64,000 nt of DNA, from the NCBI RefSeq assembly GCF_009914755.1, contig NC_060925.1; one strand, given 5' to 3'. Source of the DNA: the human T2T-CHM13v2.0 reference genome, Homo sapiens. Under the pieces are notes generated by a model. It did not search any database. It worked only from the letters and a program-made list of their open reading frames with translations, and was not told the origin of the DNA. Position numbers and translations under genes: made by a program. Shown piece by piece: positions 1 through 14,784 of the stretch; positions within the stretch are counted from its first letter, which is position 1, and the number at the start of each line of letters is the position of its first letter.

Positions 1-2256
1 ACAGATAGACCAGTAATTCTTCCTTGTGGTACCTGGCCTCTCCTTTTGAATTGCAAGAGTTGACTTGCAAATTTTTCTTTCTCATGAGCATATATTCATT
101 TATCACATCAACCAGCTGCAATCTCTTAAAGACTGGTGTCATGAGAAAATGAAACACTAAGCAGATATAGCTTTCAATATAGCTTTGGGAGAGAAAGGCT
201 TGGAAGTTTAAGACTGTAGTGTTGTTATTATTATTTGCTTGAGAATTTCAGGGGCACATAAGGCATTTGGAAGCAAAAAGTGGGTAGTGTTAAAAAACAA
301 AATGAAAATAAACTACCAAACATTTTAAGAATAATACATAATCTATAATATCCTTTTTAAAACAATCAAACTAATGAAGGATTAAAAAGTGACTACAAAA
401 TTGTCAAAGTGTAATGAGTTAGACACCCTCATCTTGTATGAGGTTATGAATTGGTCTAATCTTTTGGAAAATGTACGTATAGATAGGTAATAAAAATGTC
501 AAAAATATCCATATTCTTTGGTTTTGAATTGATAACTTTATTTGCTTGTTTTTTCCAAAGGAAAGAATACAACTATGCCTTTTATAGAGCTGCCATTTTA
601 TTAAGTGAATTATATTTACAAAATATAAATTTTTATTATTTGTATTAAAATTAGCAAATTGGGAATAGCCTAATTTTTCCAAAATAGAATAATGCATAAT
701 CATTGAATACGTATTATGTAACTATAAAAACTCTTTGTGGAAAAAAATAATGACAGAGAAATATTCTTATAATATTAAGTGAAGAGAAATTATACAAAAA
801 ATTACGTGGTACATATGTATCATATATAGAAAGGAATAAAAAGAAACAGCTAATCACATTAATTTTAAATTTACCAAGAAAATAAATGAAAGAAAATACA
901 ATGAACTATAAATAATGACATTATCTTGGGAATGAGGATAAAAAATGCTCATTTGATTTTTATTCTGAATGCTATTATTTTACAAATTTCTAAAATGACT
1001 CTTTAACTTTTATGGGAGATAGGAGGAAGATAAGCTTTTCCTACATAAATTTCCACTTTCGCTTTTCAGATTTTAGCTTCAGAGATCAATGTTCAGATAT
1101 TTCATTTCTTCTTCAGTCTTCCTCCCCTACGCAGAATAAATACAAACTTGAAACCATGAATTCTATACTGAAGCAAAAGTTGTAAGTGTCACTGGGGATG
1201 TTGATTTCCTAGGACAGTTTTTTATTATTATTATTATTTTAAACATTGGCAGTTGTATTTTTAAGGGAATTTGCCTGTCATCAGTTGTTGGAGCATGGAG
1301 TGAAGAGTCCTGTGATGTATGTTGGGGGTGCACAGCAATTCTATCTAAGCAGTTTTATTTTACTCAAATGACATGGTGATGTGAGACAAGAGTAGATTCA
1401 TGCCCATGATATACTCCCCACTTCAATTACAAAACTAGTTTAAAATCACTTTAAAGTGTCTACTGACACTTTGATGGAAACTAACTGATTCTGTATATGA
1501 ATAGACAAAATATTCTGGGGAATACTGAAGTCAATTGGTGAAATTTAAGCTTCGTTTAAATTAGTCTCTAAGGTGAGGGTCTTCTCTTTATGTCTATTCT
1601 GGAGAGTGATAATGTCGATTACTATATATTTTATAAACCTAAGGCTGACATTCCATGGAAATCTTAAAAGGATGCTGTTAGATGCTATTGGACCCTAAGG
1701 ACTTAAGGTCATTATCAGCGTTTCCTTTAAATTATAATGTATGCTGCAATTTATACAAATAAGTGTTGGCAAAAGATAAAACTGTAGATATGATTCTTAG
1801 CACATAAATTAATACAAATAAAATTATATTTTAATTTTAATTTTAGAAAGGTGTGTACTTATTCCAAAATAGAAAACTGATTATTTAGATCTGAAGACTT
1901 TAGTAGTCTTCACTTTAAATATTAAATTTATGATGAAATAATTATTGGCATGGTGATAGTTTTTGAATTCAGTCTTCTAGTGTAAATAACATTTTCTCTA
2001 ACCATGCCTAGATAATAGTGTCATATATTTCACTAAGTAAGACAATGTAATAGCCATTTTTAAATGGATTATGAAGAGAAAGGTGAAAATGCAAGTTCAC
2101 TTTTGTAGCTTATACATAAATGGGTAAGAATATTAAAATCTAAAAACTGATGTGGTTTAGCTATGCTTACAAAATTAAAAATTTTTATTCTTATGGCCCA
2201 TTTAGTTAACTTCATATCTTCTGATTACTTAATTAAGCAAAATTCCTCTTGGGATC

Positions 2257-2385
2257 TTTTTAAAAAAATAGTTGTGGGTATAGTAGGTGTATATATATAT
2301 GGGGTATATGAGATATTTTGATACATGCATGCAATGTGAAATAAACATATCACGGAGAATGGGGTATCTATCCCCTCAAACATTT
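2257..2385 (-). mobile_element. L1MA-type 3' terminal fragment (L1MA1/2-like)
   Basis: GTGGGTATAGTAGGTGTATATA...TGAGATATTTTGATACATGCATGCAATGTG...GAGAATGGGGTATCTATCCCCTCAA resembles the antisense 3' end of young L1MA. Confidence 0.7.
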
Positions 2386-3129
2386 GGGGTTATTTTCTTA
2401 AGTACATTGAAGATGTACAAGCAGATTACAAAATCACAGTATTTTGAAACTATCAGAGTGCTAAGGATACTAAGATCTCATTACAATCCCTTCCTATGAA
2501 GAAAGAAACCATGGCTGCTTTCACCCCTGGTAGAATGAAGAAAAAAACAATCATAAAGAGAAATAAGAAAACATAAGTTGATTTTAATGAACTTTTAATG
2601 GTAACATGCATACACAATGTTAAATAAGCCCCTCAGTACTTCCCCACATTTACTGCAGTGACCTTTCTATGCCTGTGGCATGGCCAACTTGTTCAGAGAA
2701 ATATATCCTTGCAAGGTCCATACTCTGGACCTTTACTTAGGCACTTGCAGTAGCTCCCCAAAGGTTGGAGTCAGAGCACCCAGGTGAGGGGGTGATCTCC
2801 TGAAGTGTAGAATGGCAGGGGCAGGACTGTAGAAAAAAAGAACACACAGAGGAACCAAAATATGAAAATCAAACTGCAAAATAGAAATAATCACCCAAAG
2901 GGTTAAAAAGCTGGTGGTTGGGTTGTAAATCATAAAGAGATCTCTCAGAGGTTCACCGGTGCTCAGATTAGAAGCCTTGCTGAAGGAAAAGTTATCTCAC
3001 CCTTTGAAAGGATGAAGCAGATGATGAATTGAATCTGATACTGCAAAAAAGCCTAGAGACTTCTCAGCTACAGACTAGATTCACCAGCTATAGTGACTCA
3101 ATGTGCAACATTCTGGGCAAAAATGTCGT

Positions 3130-3600
3130 TTACTTCTATTTCTATGGTTTTTTCACACACAATGTGTGATATGCAATAAAAATAATGTATGAGAAATGCA
3201 AAGAAGCAAGGATACCCATGGACAAGAGTGGAAACCATTAATAGAAACATATACAGAGACAACTGAGAATTTGGAAGTATTCTAAAGGACTTTAAAGTAA
3301 CAATTAAAATTGTTCAGGAGGCAATGGAAAATGTAGAGAGCATACATGCATAAATAGATCACTTTAGAACTTGATATTGTTTGAAAAAACAAATAGAAAT
3401 GCTAGAAATACATGGTAATGGAAATAAAGTGTTTAGTGTGCAATCAGAAAACTGGGCACAGAAGAGGAAAGAATCAGTAAGCTAGAAGACAAGTTAATAA
3501 AAGTTATTCAAAGTGGAACACAGAAAAAAAGATACAAAAACACCCAGAGCAGAGCATCTGAGATTTGCATATCAAATAGTTTAACATTGAAGAGTCTCCA
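3130..3600 (+). mobile_element. Old L1M ORF1-region fragment
   Basis: A-rich sense-strand L1 phrases, e.g. CAAATAGAAATGCTAGAAA and GAAGAGGAAAGAATCAGTAAGCTAGAAGACAAG. Boundaries approximate. Confidence 0.55.
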
Positions 3601-5439
3601 ATGAAGTAGGGTCTCATAATTTATTAAAGAATTGATCATTTCATCTATTTTTATCATTTTTTATATAATACTGTCAGATCATCAGATTGATGATTTGGAA
3701 CTGTAGTTATAATGTAATAGGCATTTAAAATCTACTAACAATTTGCAATGTCCTTTAAGTTTGAGGTTGAGTGCCACAAAATTATCAGACCAAGAATAAA
3801 AGGGCAGAGATAGAAATATATCAAACCATAATTTTTTCTGATACCTTGAATATGGATTTAAAGAAACATAATCAGATCTATTTCATTTAACAAGGATTTA
3901 TTGAATATTTTCTCTCATGCATATTTTTATGTGTATTTGAACAAGATTTGCTTTGTGGTTGGTCATATTCAATATATAGAATTGCATTCTCTTATTTCTT
4001 TTAAGTTGGGAGAACATCAACTTGACCCTGAAATTTTCTATTTGCTATATTCTTCATGTACCTATATTTTGTTTACATTAATCTTATTTCAGTGCTCTTA
4101 AAATATACTTGTGGCAGCAACTAGATAATTCATCAAGCCTGTTAACTTCGTTATTCTGGTTAAGACGTGCACCGTTTCCAGGCTTGACCCCAAAACGCTT
4201 CCTACTGCATCTTCCAATTGCTCTCATCTCCCATCTAGTGGCTGCATAATATCAGAGCATCCCCTTCTCTGGATACAGTGTGTATCAATTTCCTGACCCT
4301 ATTCTCACTCCAGCACTCACAATCACTACCAAGTAGAATTTATGTGAATGAGAAATAGCAATCTCCCAGACAAAATCATTGAACCTCCATGTACATCTGT
4401 ACAGCTTGTGCTACTCTAACTGGTATAATGCTTCATACTTTTTGTTGAGTTTTATAATAAAAAACATGGTAATAGATAAGTCAAGAAGAAAAGGTTAAAC
4501 ATGGTGTTCCTCCTCATTGCTAAGCTTTTTGTGAAATTGTGTGATATTTTTATTATTATTCTGAGATCACTCTACTTTATGTTTAAAGTTGTGTCTCTAC
4601 TCAACCCACAAAAATACTCTCCCATTACAGTAGATATTTTCTTTGTACCTTCTGCGATACTTAATACTTTCATGTGTTTAGCTCTTGGCAAATAAATGTT
4701 ATTCTTAATGAACAAATGAAATGAGTAAATATTTGAATATACTATTTAGTCAACTGAGTTAATATATTTTATTTTTGTAGCAAACTATGAGAACATATTT
4801 ATACATATACATTGTTTTACTTTACAGAAAATCTCCAAAAGAGACATGTAGGTTTAAAGCAAAAAAAAAAAAAATAAGAAGAAAGGCAGTAGTATTGTTC
4901 ATTACTTTTTGACTGAGTAGTCAAAACCAAACATTTATAAAACACCTTCCTTATTTAAGGTGTTTGGTTAAGTGGTGATTATATAGTCATGTCTTTGCTA
5001 ATTACACAATCTAGTTAGAAAATCAGACAAGTAAAAATTACACACAGAGAAAGTGACATTAATAGAAAAGCACTATTACAAAGAAAATTACATATTAATA
5101 ATGGAGTACTAGGCTCAGAAATTAAATTTTTCATAGTATGAAGACAGTTTTAGAGGAATTCTCATAGGAAATGAATTTTAGCTGAATCTGAGAGATGACG
5201 ATCAAGAAAAGAGAAAACAGGGTTTTCCCAAGCTAAAAACCCAGTGGCATGTGAACAGACAGGAAGCTTTAAGAGAAAGCAGTATCTCTTTCAGTAAGGA
5301 CAATATTTCCGAAGAGTAAGTGGAGAATTGTGGTCGGCATAGTCCAAACTCTGAAGTTCTAAGGATGTCGTTCCAAGGATTTGGGGGCGTTAGTGGGAAA
5401 ACCACTGGATGCTAACAACATACCTTAGTCCAGAATGGG

Positions 5440-5800
5440 ACATGATCACTTTTACCAACTTCTCACTGTGTTCTATAACACTGGTGCCAACCATGACAAC
5501 TCATCAGAAAAATCAAAAGCTTCCTAGCAGTTGTCTCATTTTTACTTTCATTCTGCAGTCTAATTTTTATATTGTAGCCAGAGTATTTCACTCTAATCTA
5601 AGTCTGATAATATTTCTTCCATGCTTAAAAAACTCCAGTAGATCACACTGAAATTAGAATGAAAAAATAAAATTCACTTTTTTACCATAACCCACATAAA
5701 CGGAACACTGTCTATCTCTCTGAAGTCATATCCTACTTCCTTCCCTCGTATTTACTGTTTCATTGCTGAACTGGCACTTTTTCTTTATTAAAACAAATTG
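5440..5800 (+). mobile_element. L2 LINE fragment
   Basis: GTAGCCAGAGT...AAGTCTGATAATATTTCTTCCATGCTTAAAAACTCCAGT...TTAGAATGAAA resembles the L2 3' region. Confidence 0.5.
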
Positions 5801-6359
5801 TATCTTATTGATTTTTTTTTCCTTAGGCATCAGACACACAAATTGAGACGATTTGTTCATAGCACCTTTTAATCACCAGAGTCTATGCAAGGTCTGTGTT
5901 TGATTTTTAATATTTAGTTGATTCATTCATTCATTGATTCCACTCAATTTTGTAGCCATCTCCCACTATCCTCTCCCCATATGAAAGTAACAAATTTTAT
6001 GTATTTAATATGTATTTTTATAAGACTATACTCTTACAAAAGGAGGATATTTATTATTGTGCATATTTTTGTTGCTGTTCCAGTAAAATTTGTTTTGTTA
6101 TATATCTCATATTTCTTGCAGTAAGAATTTTCTTAAGATCTATCCATGTTGCTAATTCTACATCTAATCTATTATTTCAAAGCAAGCAATGTTTTCTTTA
6201 TTTGTTTAAGGTAGGTATTATTTTTAGTTGCTGTCATAAAATATTGGCTACTCATTAGTGGTAGTGGATAGATCAACATCAGTGAGGGAAAATTCACCGT
6301 TAAGCAAGGACACCTGTTACATGGTACTTGTTGAAACGATGTAACTTTGCATTAAAACT

Positions 6360-6950
6360 GTAGTGGTTTCCTCTATGCCTTTTTTTCAGACATGACTGAA
6401 GCTCAGTAGAAAACATGACCTCCCATAGAGAGTGAACACCATTGGATATACTGAATCACAAAACAAGAAAAAAAATGGTGATATTGCATGTTAAACCATC
6501 AAAGTGAACACACACCCTTCCAAGAGACCATATCTGTGGGTTGAGGAAAGGATAGCAGTCTGACATTATTAAGCATTTTGTAAGTGTGAACAAACTGTTC
6601 ATGTAACTTTCTTGGATTTTGCACATTCTTACCCTAGGTGTATATAGACCAGAACTACTTGATGAGGAAATAATGCCAGGAATATCTTACTTTATAGCTT
6701 TGTGGATTAGATTATTCCCAATTCCTAATGAGCAGTTGGGGTTTATTGTCACATGTCACCTCATGATAGACATATAGTCTCCATCAGTGTCTGGCAGCAA
6801 GCCAAGAGTAATTTTCGATCCTGGAAATGCATCTTACTAAGATAGTTAACAAATATTTGTCATTCTCTTCTCTGAGAGTTCCATAAGGATAATTCCATTA
6901 AGGTAGTGAACCATTGTGATGTCCTGTGGGATGCTGGTGAGATATCAGTT
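6360..6950 (-). pseudogene. Degraded ERVL-class internal pol remnant (RT and RNase H pieces)
   Basis: Minus-strand translation of 6881-6933 gives IPQDITMVHYLNGIIL, versus ERVL RT PQDITLVHYIDDIML. Downstream pieces PQLLIRNW, NPQSYKV and KLHEQF match the ERVL connection region (PELPIMNW, DPSSHKV, KLHEEV). Many frameshifts and stops. Confidence 0.7.
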
Positions 6951-9900
6951 TTCCAGCAGACTAAGTTGTAGCCAGAATTGAAGAACTGATATAAATCTCA
7001 AGCAATACAGTTACGCTATATTGCAGTCCCTACTATTTTCCCTGCTCACTAGGCCTGATTTCTAATGCAATGCACATATCAGAAGTTGCATATGGGCTGC
7101 CAGCGACTCTATGATACACTCAAGTAAGAACAGCACATCTAAAAAAACAATTTTGTTGTCATAGTTGACATCTGATTACAATAATAATTTATCATTACCC
7201 AATCTCTTTGATAGTGCCTAAAATGGAGACATTATTCATTCAGTTAATAAATATTTACTGAGACTCTACAGACTCAGGACTGGGAATGGAGGAGTAACCT
7301 CCCAAAACTGGGAAACTGTGAATAAACAAAGGACATAAATAAGCTTCATATTCAAGCTTGAACTTCCTGGGCTACCCGTTTCATCTATGACTCTCCACAA
7401 ACACAGCAAGGTTTTCTGATGGAACTAAATATGAACTAGGCTCTTCCCGTTAGGACTCAACTTTGGGATGTGAAACACAGAGTTTTTTGTCTTAGATACT
7501 TCAGCATGTCAACTGTGCTTACACACTCCTTAGCACTCAACTTCCCCCTCCCACTGCCGCCAACCCCAACTAAAATACAGAGGAAAGGAAAATAAATGTG
7601 GTTATGATTACATACAATTGTATTACATTCTAAAAAATACATAGAACACAGAAAACAGTAAAAAAATACAACTTTCTTTATCCTCATGTCCATTTTAGAC
7701 TTATTTGGTGTCTGCTCAATTTACTTATGAGTTATCCTCACGTCAAACTATTTGATCGAGGCCTGTGTCCCGGTCCTATGCCCAAACTTTTACTACTTTC
7801 TAAAGTTTGAAGGTGTACATAAGAAAACAAGTGTGATAATTACATAAGTATTAAATTACTTGACTTTAATATACTGAAGATTTTTGGATAATGACAAAAT
7901 ATGAATTCTGGAGAGGAAGACACATGAAGTGACTTGTAGTTTTATGAAATCAGTTTCCAAATAGACATAATTTGAAAAAGAAAATTAATAGATGCATAGT
8001 TCATGTAAAATGTCGTTTATAGACTATTATTTGATAATAAAATTTTAATAAAAGACTTTTATTGCAATTTTAAATAAAAAATAATGTTTGAGAACATCAG
8101 AAGATAAGCTATAAAATTAAGCTGAATAAATGTTTCATAATATTTGAATGGCATAAAGTCAACGATATTTTAGGATGCCCTTTAGAAATGCAAACTGGAT
8201 AAAACAGCAATTTCTGTTGGAAGGAAAATCAAATTCTCCCATTCTAATATAAATGAGCAGAGGATTTCTCTGAAAGCTTTTAATCCACTCCAGGCAGTCA
8301 ATCTTCTTACGGAGGGAGCTGTCCTATTATTTAGACCTTCTAAGAAAATTTCTACCTGGATTAATAGTGATTGCATTGCAATAAAAAAAATAAGAGCTGG
8401 CTTATATGTATAAGTTCTGGTCTTTTAATTGTGGAAGGATTACATGGTAAAGTCTATGACACAACTAAAAAAGTTCATACAGTTGGCAGGTTACTTCTGA
8501 TCAGAGTATATAAATAGTTGTTTCTGGTTTAAATTTTCTAGTCCAACCTATTTAGGGTCAATGGGTGAGAATTTGAGAGTGATTTCTCTCTTCTCTTCAA
8601 CTCATGTTAAACAATTCATTGGTGAAATACACTTTAATGTAGACTATGGGTCCTACATGCCCTTCTACATACATGTCCTCACTAAACTTTATTTCTAGAG
8701 TGTGCAACAGCCTCTGCCTTCTTGAATTTTTTTCCTTTTCCTCATTATCTTATAGTCCCAATCAAATCACTCCATTTCCCGCACCCCAACTCAGTGCCTG
8801 GCCTCAGGCAAAATAGTCATTTACTTTCCTGTAATTATGTTGCTTGAAGTACTGGGAGTGGTCCCATATTTTACGGATGAGGGATAGGAGGGGGAAAAAT
8901 AGGGCTCTACTCTGGTTCAATTACAGGTGATTTATCTACACCACAAAAATATGTATTAAATTACTAAGTTTAACTTCCTGATATAAACATTCAGTTGTAT
9001 GGCTTTATTCTAAACATATCCCTGTTGGGTTTGCCTCCAGCCCCAAGTGCATTACCAAAAGTCTTTTATTTTTATCCAGTTTTTCAAGGGAGAGAAGTTT
9101 GTAAACAGCTGTGTTGCCATATGTTTTACATAAACTACATTAAAACAAAACAATGCTATGTTTCCAAGTTAGGCTGAATTTCTAATACATCAGAAAATAT
9201 ATTTTCCTCAAAGTTCTTATTTTTATTATGGCTTAAGAATTCGTTATGGCAGCAATAGGAATCTAATATACATATTAACTTTTAAGAAGCTAAGTGATCC
9301 GCTTAAGTAAGGTTGTTTAAAAAAATTGTTTTTTTTTTTTTTAACAGTCAATTGAAAGGTAGAAACATCATAAAGGATTATAACTAAAAGCTAAAAACTG
9401 TTAAAAAATTATTTTTTCCTGATCATTGCCTAGGGTTACAAAATGTATTCTGTTGTTGAGTATTATCTAAAATTGTGTGTAAACACTTCTTTAAATTTCT
9501 GATAGAGTAACAGATGAAAATTCCATAATATTAATCAGGAATACAAAGCATTTGAAAGTCACCTACGGGGTGACTATCAAAGTTCTCATCCTGAGAAGTT
9601 CCTGTCATTGAACGCTTCACCATTAGCACTTATAGGGATTCTTTGAACCCAGGAGATCTGCATGTAACATATCTGACAGTGAAAGTAAAATATATGAGAT
9701 TATAGGAAGATGGTAAGTGCACAGAGAATTGAGGTAGAAAGTTGATGGTACTAGAATTGAACATCAATATATCTAATAAAATACGTTCCCAAAGTTAAAT
9801 CTGTAGGTGTTTATATTGATTAGCATCTAGATAAGCCTATTTGCTTATTGATGCCTCAGCCCAGAAGAGCCATAACACTTCCCACCACACTCAGTTCTCC

Positions 9901-10679
9901 CAACTCTGACCTTGTCTCCATTTTCACATTTAGTCTTCTTTACAAAAAAACGGCCTAAGCAGGAAGATGTTGCTGAAGCATTTGGATGAGGCAGCTTGCC
10001 TAGCTGTGTGTGGCCATCTTTAAAATGTTGGGTACAATTTTAGACCCTACTGGCCACAGAAAGAGTTCCACTCAACATTGTAATATAAAAAGTAGTTTAG
10101 AAGTCTAGAAGATTGAATAGATTTGAGATTAAAATGTTTTTCTTTGTAGAATTAGAATGGTAAAAAAGAATACTTTTTACCATTAATTAAATAACTGTTA
10201 AAACTTTTGTGACTATGACGTTTCAAAATTCAGTAATAATTGATGCAATATGTTTATTTCTAACTTTTTAGAAAGATAAATTAAAATTTTGATTTTCTTC
10301 TCTATCATAGTCTCTTCACTTTATATCTATGTATATATGTATGTATGTATGTATCATCTCTCTTTTATTTAGAGATCTCTGGGTAATATCTCAAATTCTG
10401 GACAAAAATCACAATGAAATTAAATGTGGATATATATTCACAAGTTCCAATGAAATAGGAGAATTTACCCATATTAAATGAGAAGAGAGAAGTGAACATA
10501 TAAAGGTGAGGAACAAAGTTAAAATTGTAATATCTTGGGAAGAGCTGGATCCAGATATAAACCTCAGTATTTAGGGATGTAAGTTTTAATTAGCACAGAG
10601 GGAATAGAGAGAAGAAAAGGAGGAGGAAAACAAGTATAGAAAAGAGAAAAAAATAATAAGTTACAGAAAAAAAGATGAT

Positions 10680-11070
10680 ATGTTAACACATATTCAAACA
10701 TAGCAACTCTTTTAGTAAAAATAAAATGAGTTGATTTACTGGTCTAAAGACAATAAAACCAAAAGTTAGACAATAAAAAAATAGAAAAGGCATACTGGTG
10801 TATGTATGAGTAGCCATCTAAGATAAAATAGATTTAACCAAAAGAGCATTAATGGTTTAATGGAAGTATAACTTAACAATTTGGCATATAGATAACAATT
10901 CTAATTAATTTTAATTCATCAAAAAAGAGAGTCATGAATCTCTATGTATCTAATAATGTAGCCTCAAAATATATATACAAAGAATTTGAAAAATGAAAAC
11001 ATAAACCTACAATCACAGTCAAAGATTTAGCACATAATTCTCAGGATAAAGAGATTAAGCCAACAATTTT
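10680..11070 (+). mobile_element. Old L1M ORF2 endonuclease-region fragment
   Basis: AGATAAAATAGATTT, AATTCATCAA, TATGTATCTAATAATGTAGCCTCAAAATATATA and CTACAATCACAGTCAAAGATTT follow the L1 EN-domain nucleotide order. Confidence 0.6.
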
Positions 11071-13049
11071 AACTAGGGACTTCCAATGATAACGTAACTA
11101 TAAAAATCATCACTTTCCCTTTTTCCTCCGGAAAGCCACCCTAAAGCAAAAAGGAAAATGAAACATTAAACATAGAATCTAATTTGAGTAAGACTAAGAA
11201 AAATATATAACCCACCAACTATGAAATAAATCTAAGGGTTGACAATAGCAGCTGAGAAAGGGGTAGAGCAGATGGGAGAGAAAGAGTTGTTTTTGGAAAG
11301 TACAGCAGCACATTTTGGCAAGTGTTCACATAATGTATATTTCCCAACAGTGATGGACACATTTTCAGATCAAAAATGGTATATTTTGTTTACAGTAGGC
11401 ATAGAGCCTGGGGTGACTATAAAGGGGACAAAAGTTCTTTTGTGCAGTTTGCTTGTTCAGGATGCATGAGGGCAGGCTGTAAGAAGACTCTCACAAATAG
11501 CCGTATTCTAGGGCAGCCAGAAGAGAACATTGGAGTGTGAAAGTCATCTATCCTGGACCTCTCCCTTACCCTTCTAGTCTCGCACACACCTTGTGAAAAC
11601 TGCTGTTCGTTGAAAATCTTTCTCCATGGTGAAGAATAAATAAGGGCCTGTTAAAGCATCAATGCAGAAGTGCTAAAACTGAAAGGAACAAGAGTAGGGG
11701 GGGAAAAGCAGCAAAACTTAAAATTGTTGCCACGGAAGAGATAACAATTGTGATCATTATTTTTAAATGAATTAAAATTTAACTTAATGAGATTATTTTC
11801 TTTATGAAAGAAGACTATAAAAGAGAAATGAAAAAAAAATCTTTAAAAAGCCAGAGTAAAATTAGAAGAATCCCAAGACAGACTAGACAATATGATAAAC
11901 ATAGTAAGCTGAAAAGGGACAGATGGAGTATGCAAAGCTGGAGAATCAGGGCTGTTCCTAAAGTTGTACTTTCCAAAGCCTCTACCCCTTCCCCTTCCTT
12001 CTCAAACCCTCACTGAATATTACATGGCCATTACACAGTGTTCCTTTGACACTTAAAACACAAATGCCCCTGGTAGCAACCACGGTCCATGTCCATGATG
12101 GCTGGAGGATTACTCTGAAGCTTTCCGCCACTCCTTAACCTTGCTCTATACTTGTTGTCTCAGAAAAGTGAATTACTCATGCTCATTGCACTCAATGTCT
12201 GTGCTAACTCAAGCAAGTTGCCATTAGACCGGATTGCAAACCATCCTCCCATCAGGGAGCTCTAGATGAAAATGCAGAAGGTGACTGGTATAGGGCTTTT
12301 GGCAAATGTTCCAGGGCTAAGTAATTGAAGATGTCAGCCCTTTGTAATCTGTCACCAAACTATCATTTGAGTTTCCTTCTCAGATACTGCAGCCTTAGAA
12401 TAACACACTTGCCTTACAATCCTGACAGTTGGTGTTTCTGGAAAGCATTTTTCTGACCTCTCTTTGTTTATGCTGGAGCCTCTGCCTGAGAAATAAGTTT
12501 ATCACCTAGTTCAATTAGAAAAAGGAGAGTCCTCTTTGAAGGCCTAACTTTAATATTTTTTTTTCCCTTTCAGTGACCTGCTCAAAACCTTTAAGTTGAA
12601 TACCTTTCTTATGTGTTCTCTTATCCCTTTATACTAACTAGAGAGATAAAACTTACAAATTGTTTGATAATGCCACAAAGTAATACATTATCTTGAGTAG
12701 GATGAGGGTAGTACATTCAGTGCCACAAACAGAGTTTCCTTAGATTAAGCAAAAACCGAAGCATCTGGAAGAACATTTAAAAAACTTAGTTAGTTGGGTT
12801 TGAGATGTGCATTACACATCTTTAAAGAGACAATGAGAACACTTAAATAATCAATATTGATTTGTCTGCCCTTTTCTATCAGTGTCACTTCCACTAGATT
12901 CTCTCTCTGGTCAAGACTCAAGATAATCAGATTTTTAACAAACAATCTACCCTGTTTAGTAATCCTTTGAGCATCTTTAGTATGATTTTTATGCTAAAAG
13001 TGTCTATAGCTCACCTTAATTTGATTTATGCTTGACTCTAGAGAAGGAG

Positions 13050-13881
13050 TGTAGTGAATTTTTATAATTTTATGTTGCCTTGGAATCTATTTGAAATATA
13101 AGTTTAATTTTCTCATACAAGAAACGGGCTTAGTCACCCTTAAAACAGTTTCCAGGCTTGCAGCACACCTTCATGGCTCAAGTCAGTGGCCACAGATAAG
13201 AATTTAGAAGCACCTTTCCCATGAGCAGACTTGATTCCCTGCTTTCCTAACCCTTCCTTTAAATGGACATTTTAAGTGTTTGCTCCTGCCGTTTAAACTG
13301 TCCCACACCCTACTCCTATATATATATAGAGAGAGTAAATATGTGTATACACACGTATATTGCTAGTGGCTACATGCTTCTCTCTCCCTCTGCTCACTCT
13401 TCATTCTTGCCTCTCATGACCCAAGATGGAGACTGCCCTCATGACTATGTCCTACTTGCCCAGGGTTTGAAAGTAAAAATCTTTTAACTTGCTTCCTACT
13501 GTGGTGTTGTGTTGAATTTGTACCCTTTATTTAAAGAACAAGGGACTACCCTAGGCTGCTGTTTTCCAGAATGCTGGAGATGGGTACCACAGAGTCAGGC
13601 TCCCAGCACCAGAGAAGTAATCAAGCATGTGTAAACTGTCATGGGAAAGACAAGAGCCACGAGGGCATTTACCAGTATCAAGTTTCCCTAATGAAAGATG
13701 CCATGGTCATAGGTCAGACAAAGAGACATGAATCCGTCTGTCAGGTAAAAGAAGTATTCCATGAAAGTCATACCAGAAAACACCATGTCCAGTTCCCCTT
13801 CAGTTCTTGTTAGGACAGGGTTGCTAGCCACTCTTGTACTTCTGCACTGGAACCTCAATTTAGCTGGGGACCCCCAAAACA
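13050..13881 (+). mobile_element. Solo LTR, MER54-like (ERVL)
   Basis: TG...CA termini with a perfect 5-bp TSD AGGAG at 13045-13049 and 13882-13886. Start TGTAGTGAATT...GGGCTTAGTCACCCTT resembles MER54. Has a TATA-like TA run near 13317 and an AGTAAA signal near 13472. Confidence 0.8.
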
Positions 13882-14784
13882 AGGAGGAAGTGGGAAGCAG
13901 AAAAGTCTCATTTAATCTCAGTATACTAATTAGGGGAATTTCCCCTACTGAATTGAGATTCTGAAAGACAAGTAGTACGTTCTATTCATCTTTATTCCCC
14001 ATGCCTAGTAAGATGTGAAAAACATTAAGGACTTCCATATGTTTTCCAGAATTCAAGTACACATTTAATACTTACACGTAAAATATATTTAATCAGTTCA
14101 TAAAAGGGTTTGGTTTACATTAACAAATAATAATATCTGTAACACTCATAGTATAGAAATTGGAATTATCTACTCAGGTGCAGCCCTAAATATTCATTAG
14201 AATACTCTGGTGTTTGTCAAAGACTTTGTGTTTTACTTTGTAAATTCTTTTCATAACTGGAATGAAGAGCTTCTTTTCAAAATAATAAAAACGTGACACC
14301 ACTTTAATGATTCAGCCAAATAGTATTTTGAGTGCTCAGTGAAAAGTTACAATAATAAAGTTGCTAAAATAAAATTTGCCTTTTTCTCTGAAGCATGCTT
14401 GTGTGTCACTATGCCATTGTTCAAGTGCTTTTTAAAAGGAACTATCTGATTGTGATGACATGTGCTAAAAAAAATCTATGCTTTCAAGCTATAAGAAAAT
14501 TAATCAAAACATTACGGTCTCCTATTTTATGGCAGTAGCTTCAGTGCTCTTCAGGAAGAAATATACATCACTAATCTATACAATATTGCCTAACAATCTT
14601 GTCTCTTAAAGTGTTTAGCTGATTATTTAAATGTGTATCTAACATGCAAAAAATTATAAGACAGAAACCAGGCACTAGTGTGTTTATTCTTAGGCACACA
14701 GTTAGAACTCTTAATTGGTCATTTGTAGATAGTCACTGAGAAGTTATTATGTAGTGTGATAATTACTAGTCTACACTACAAGTT

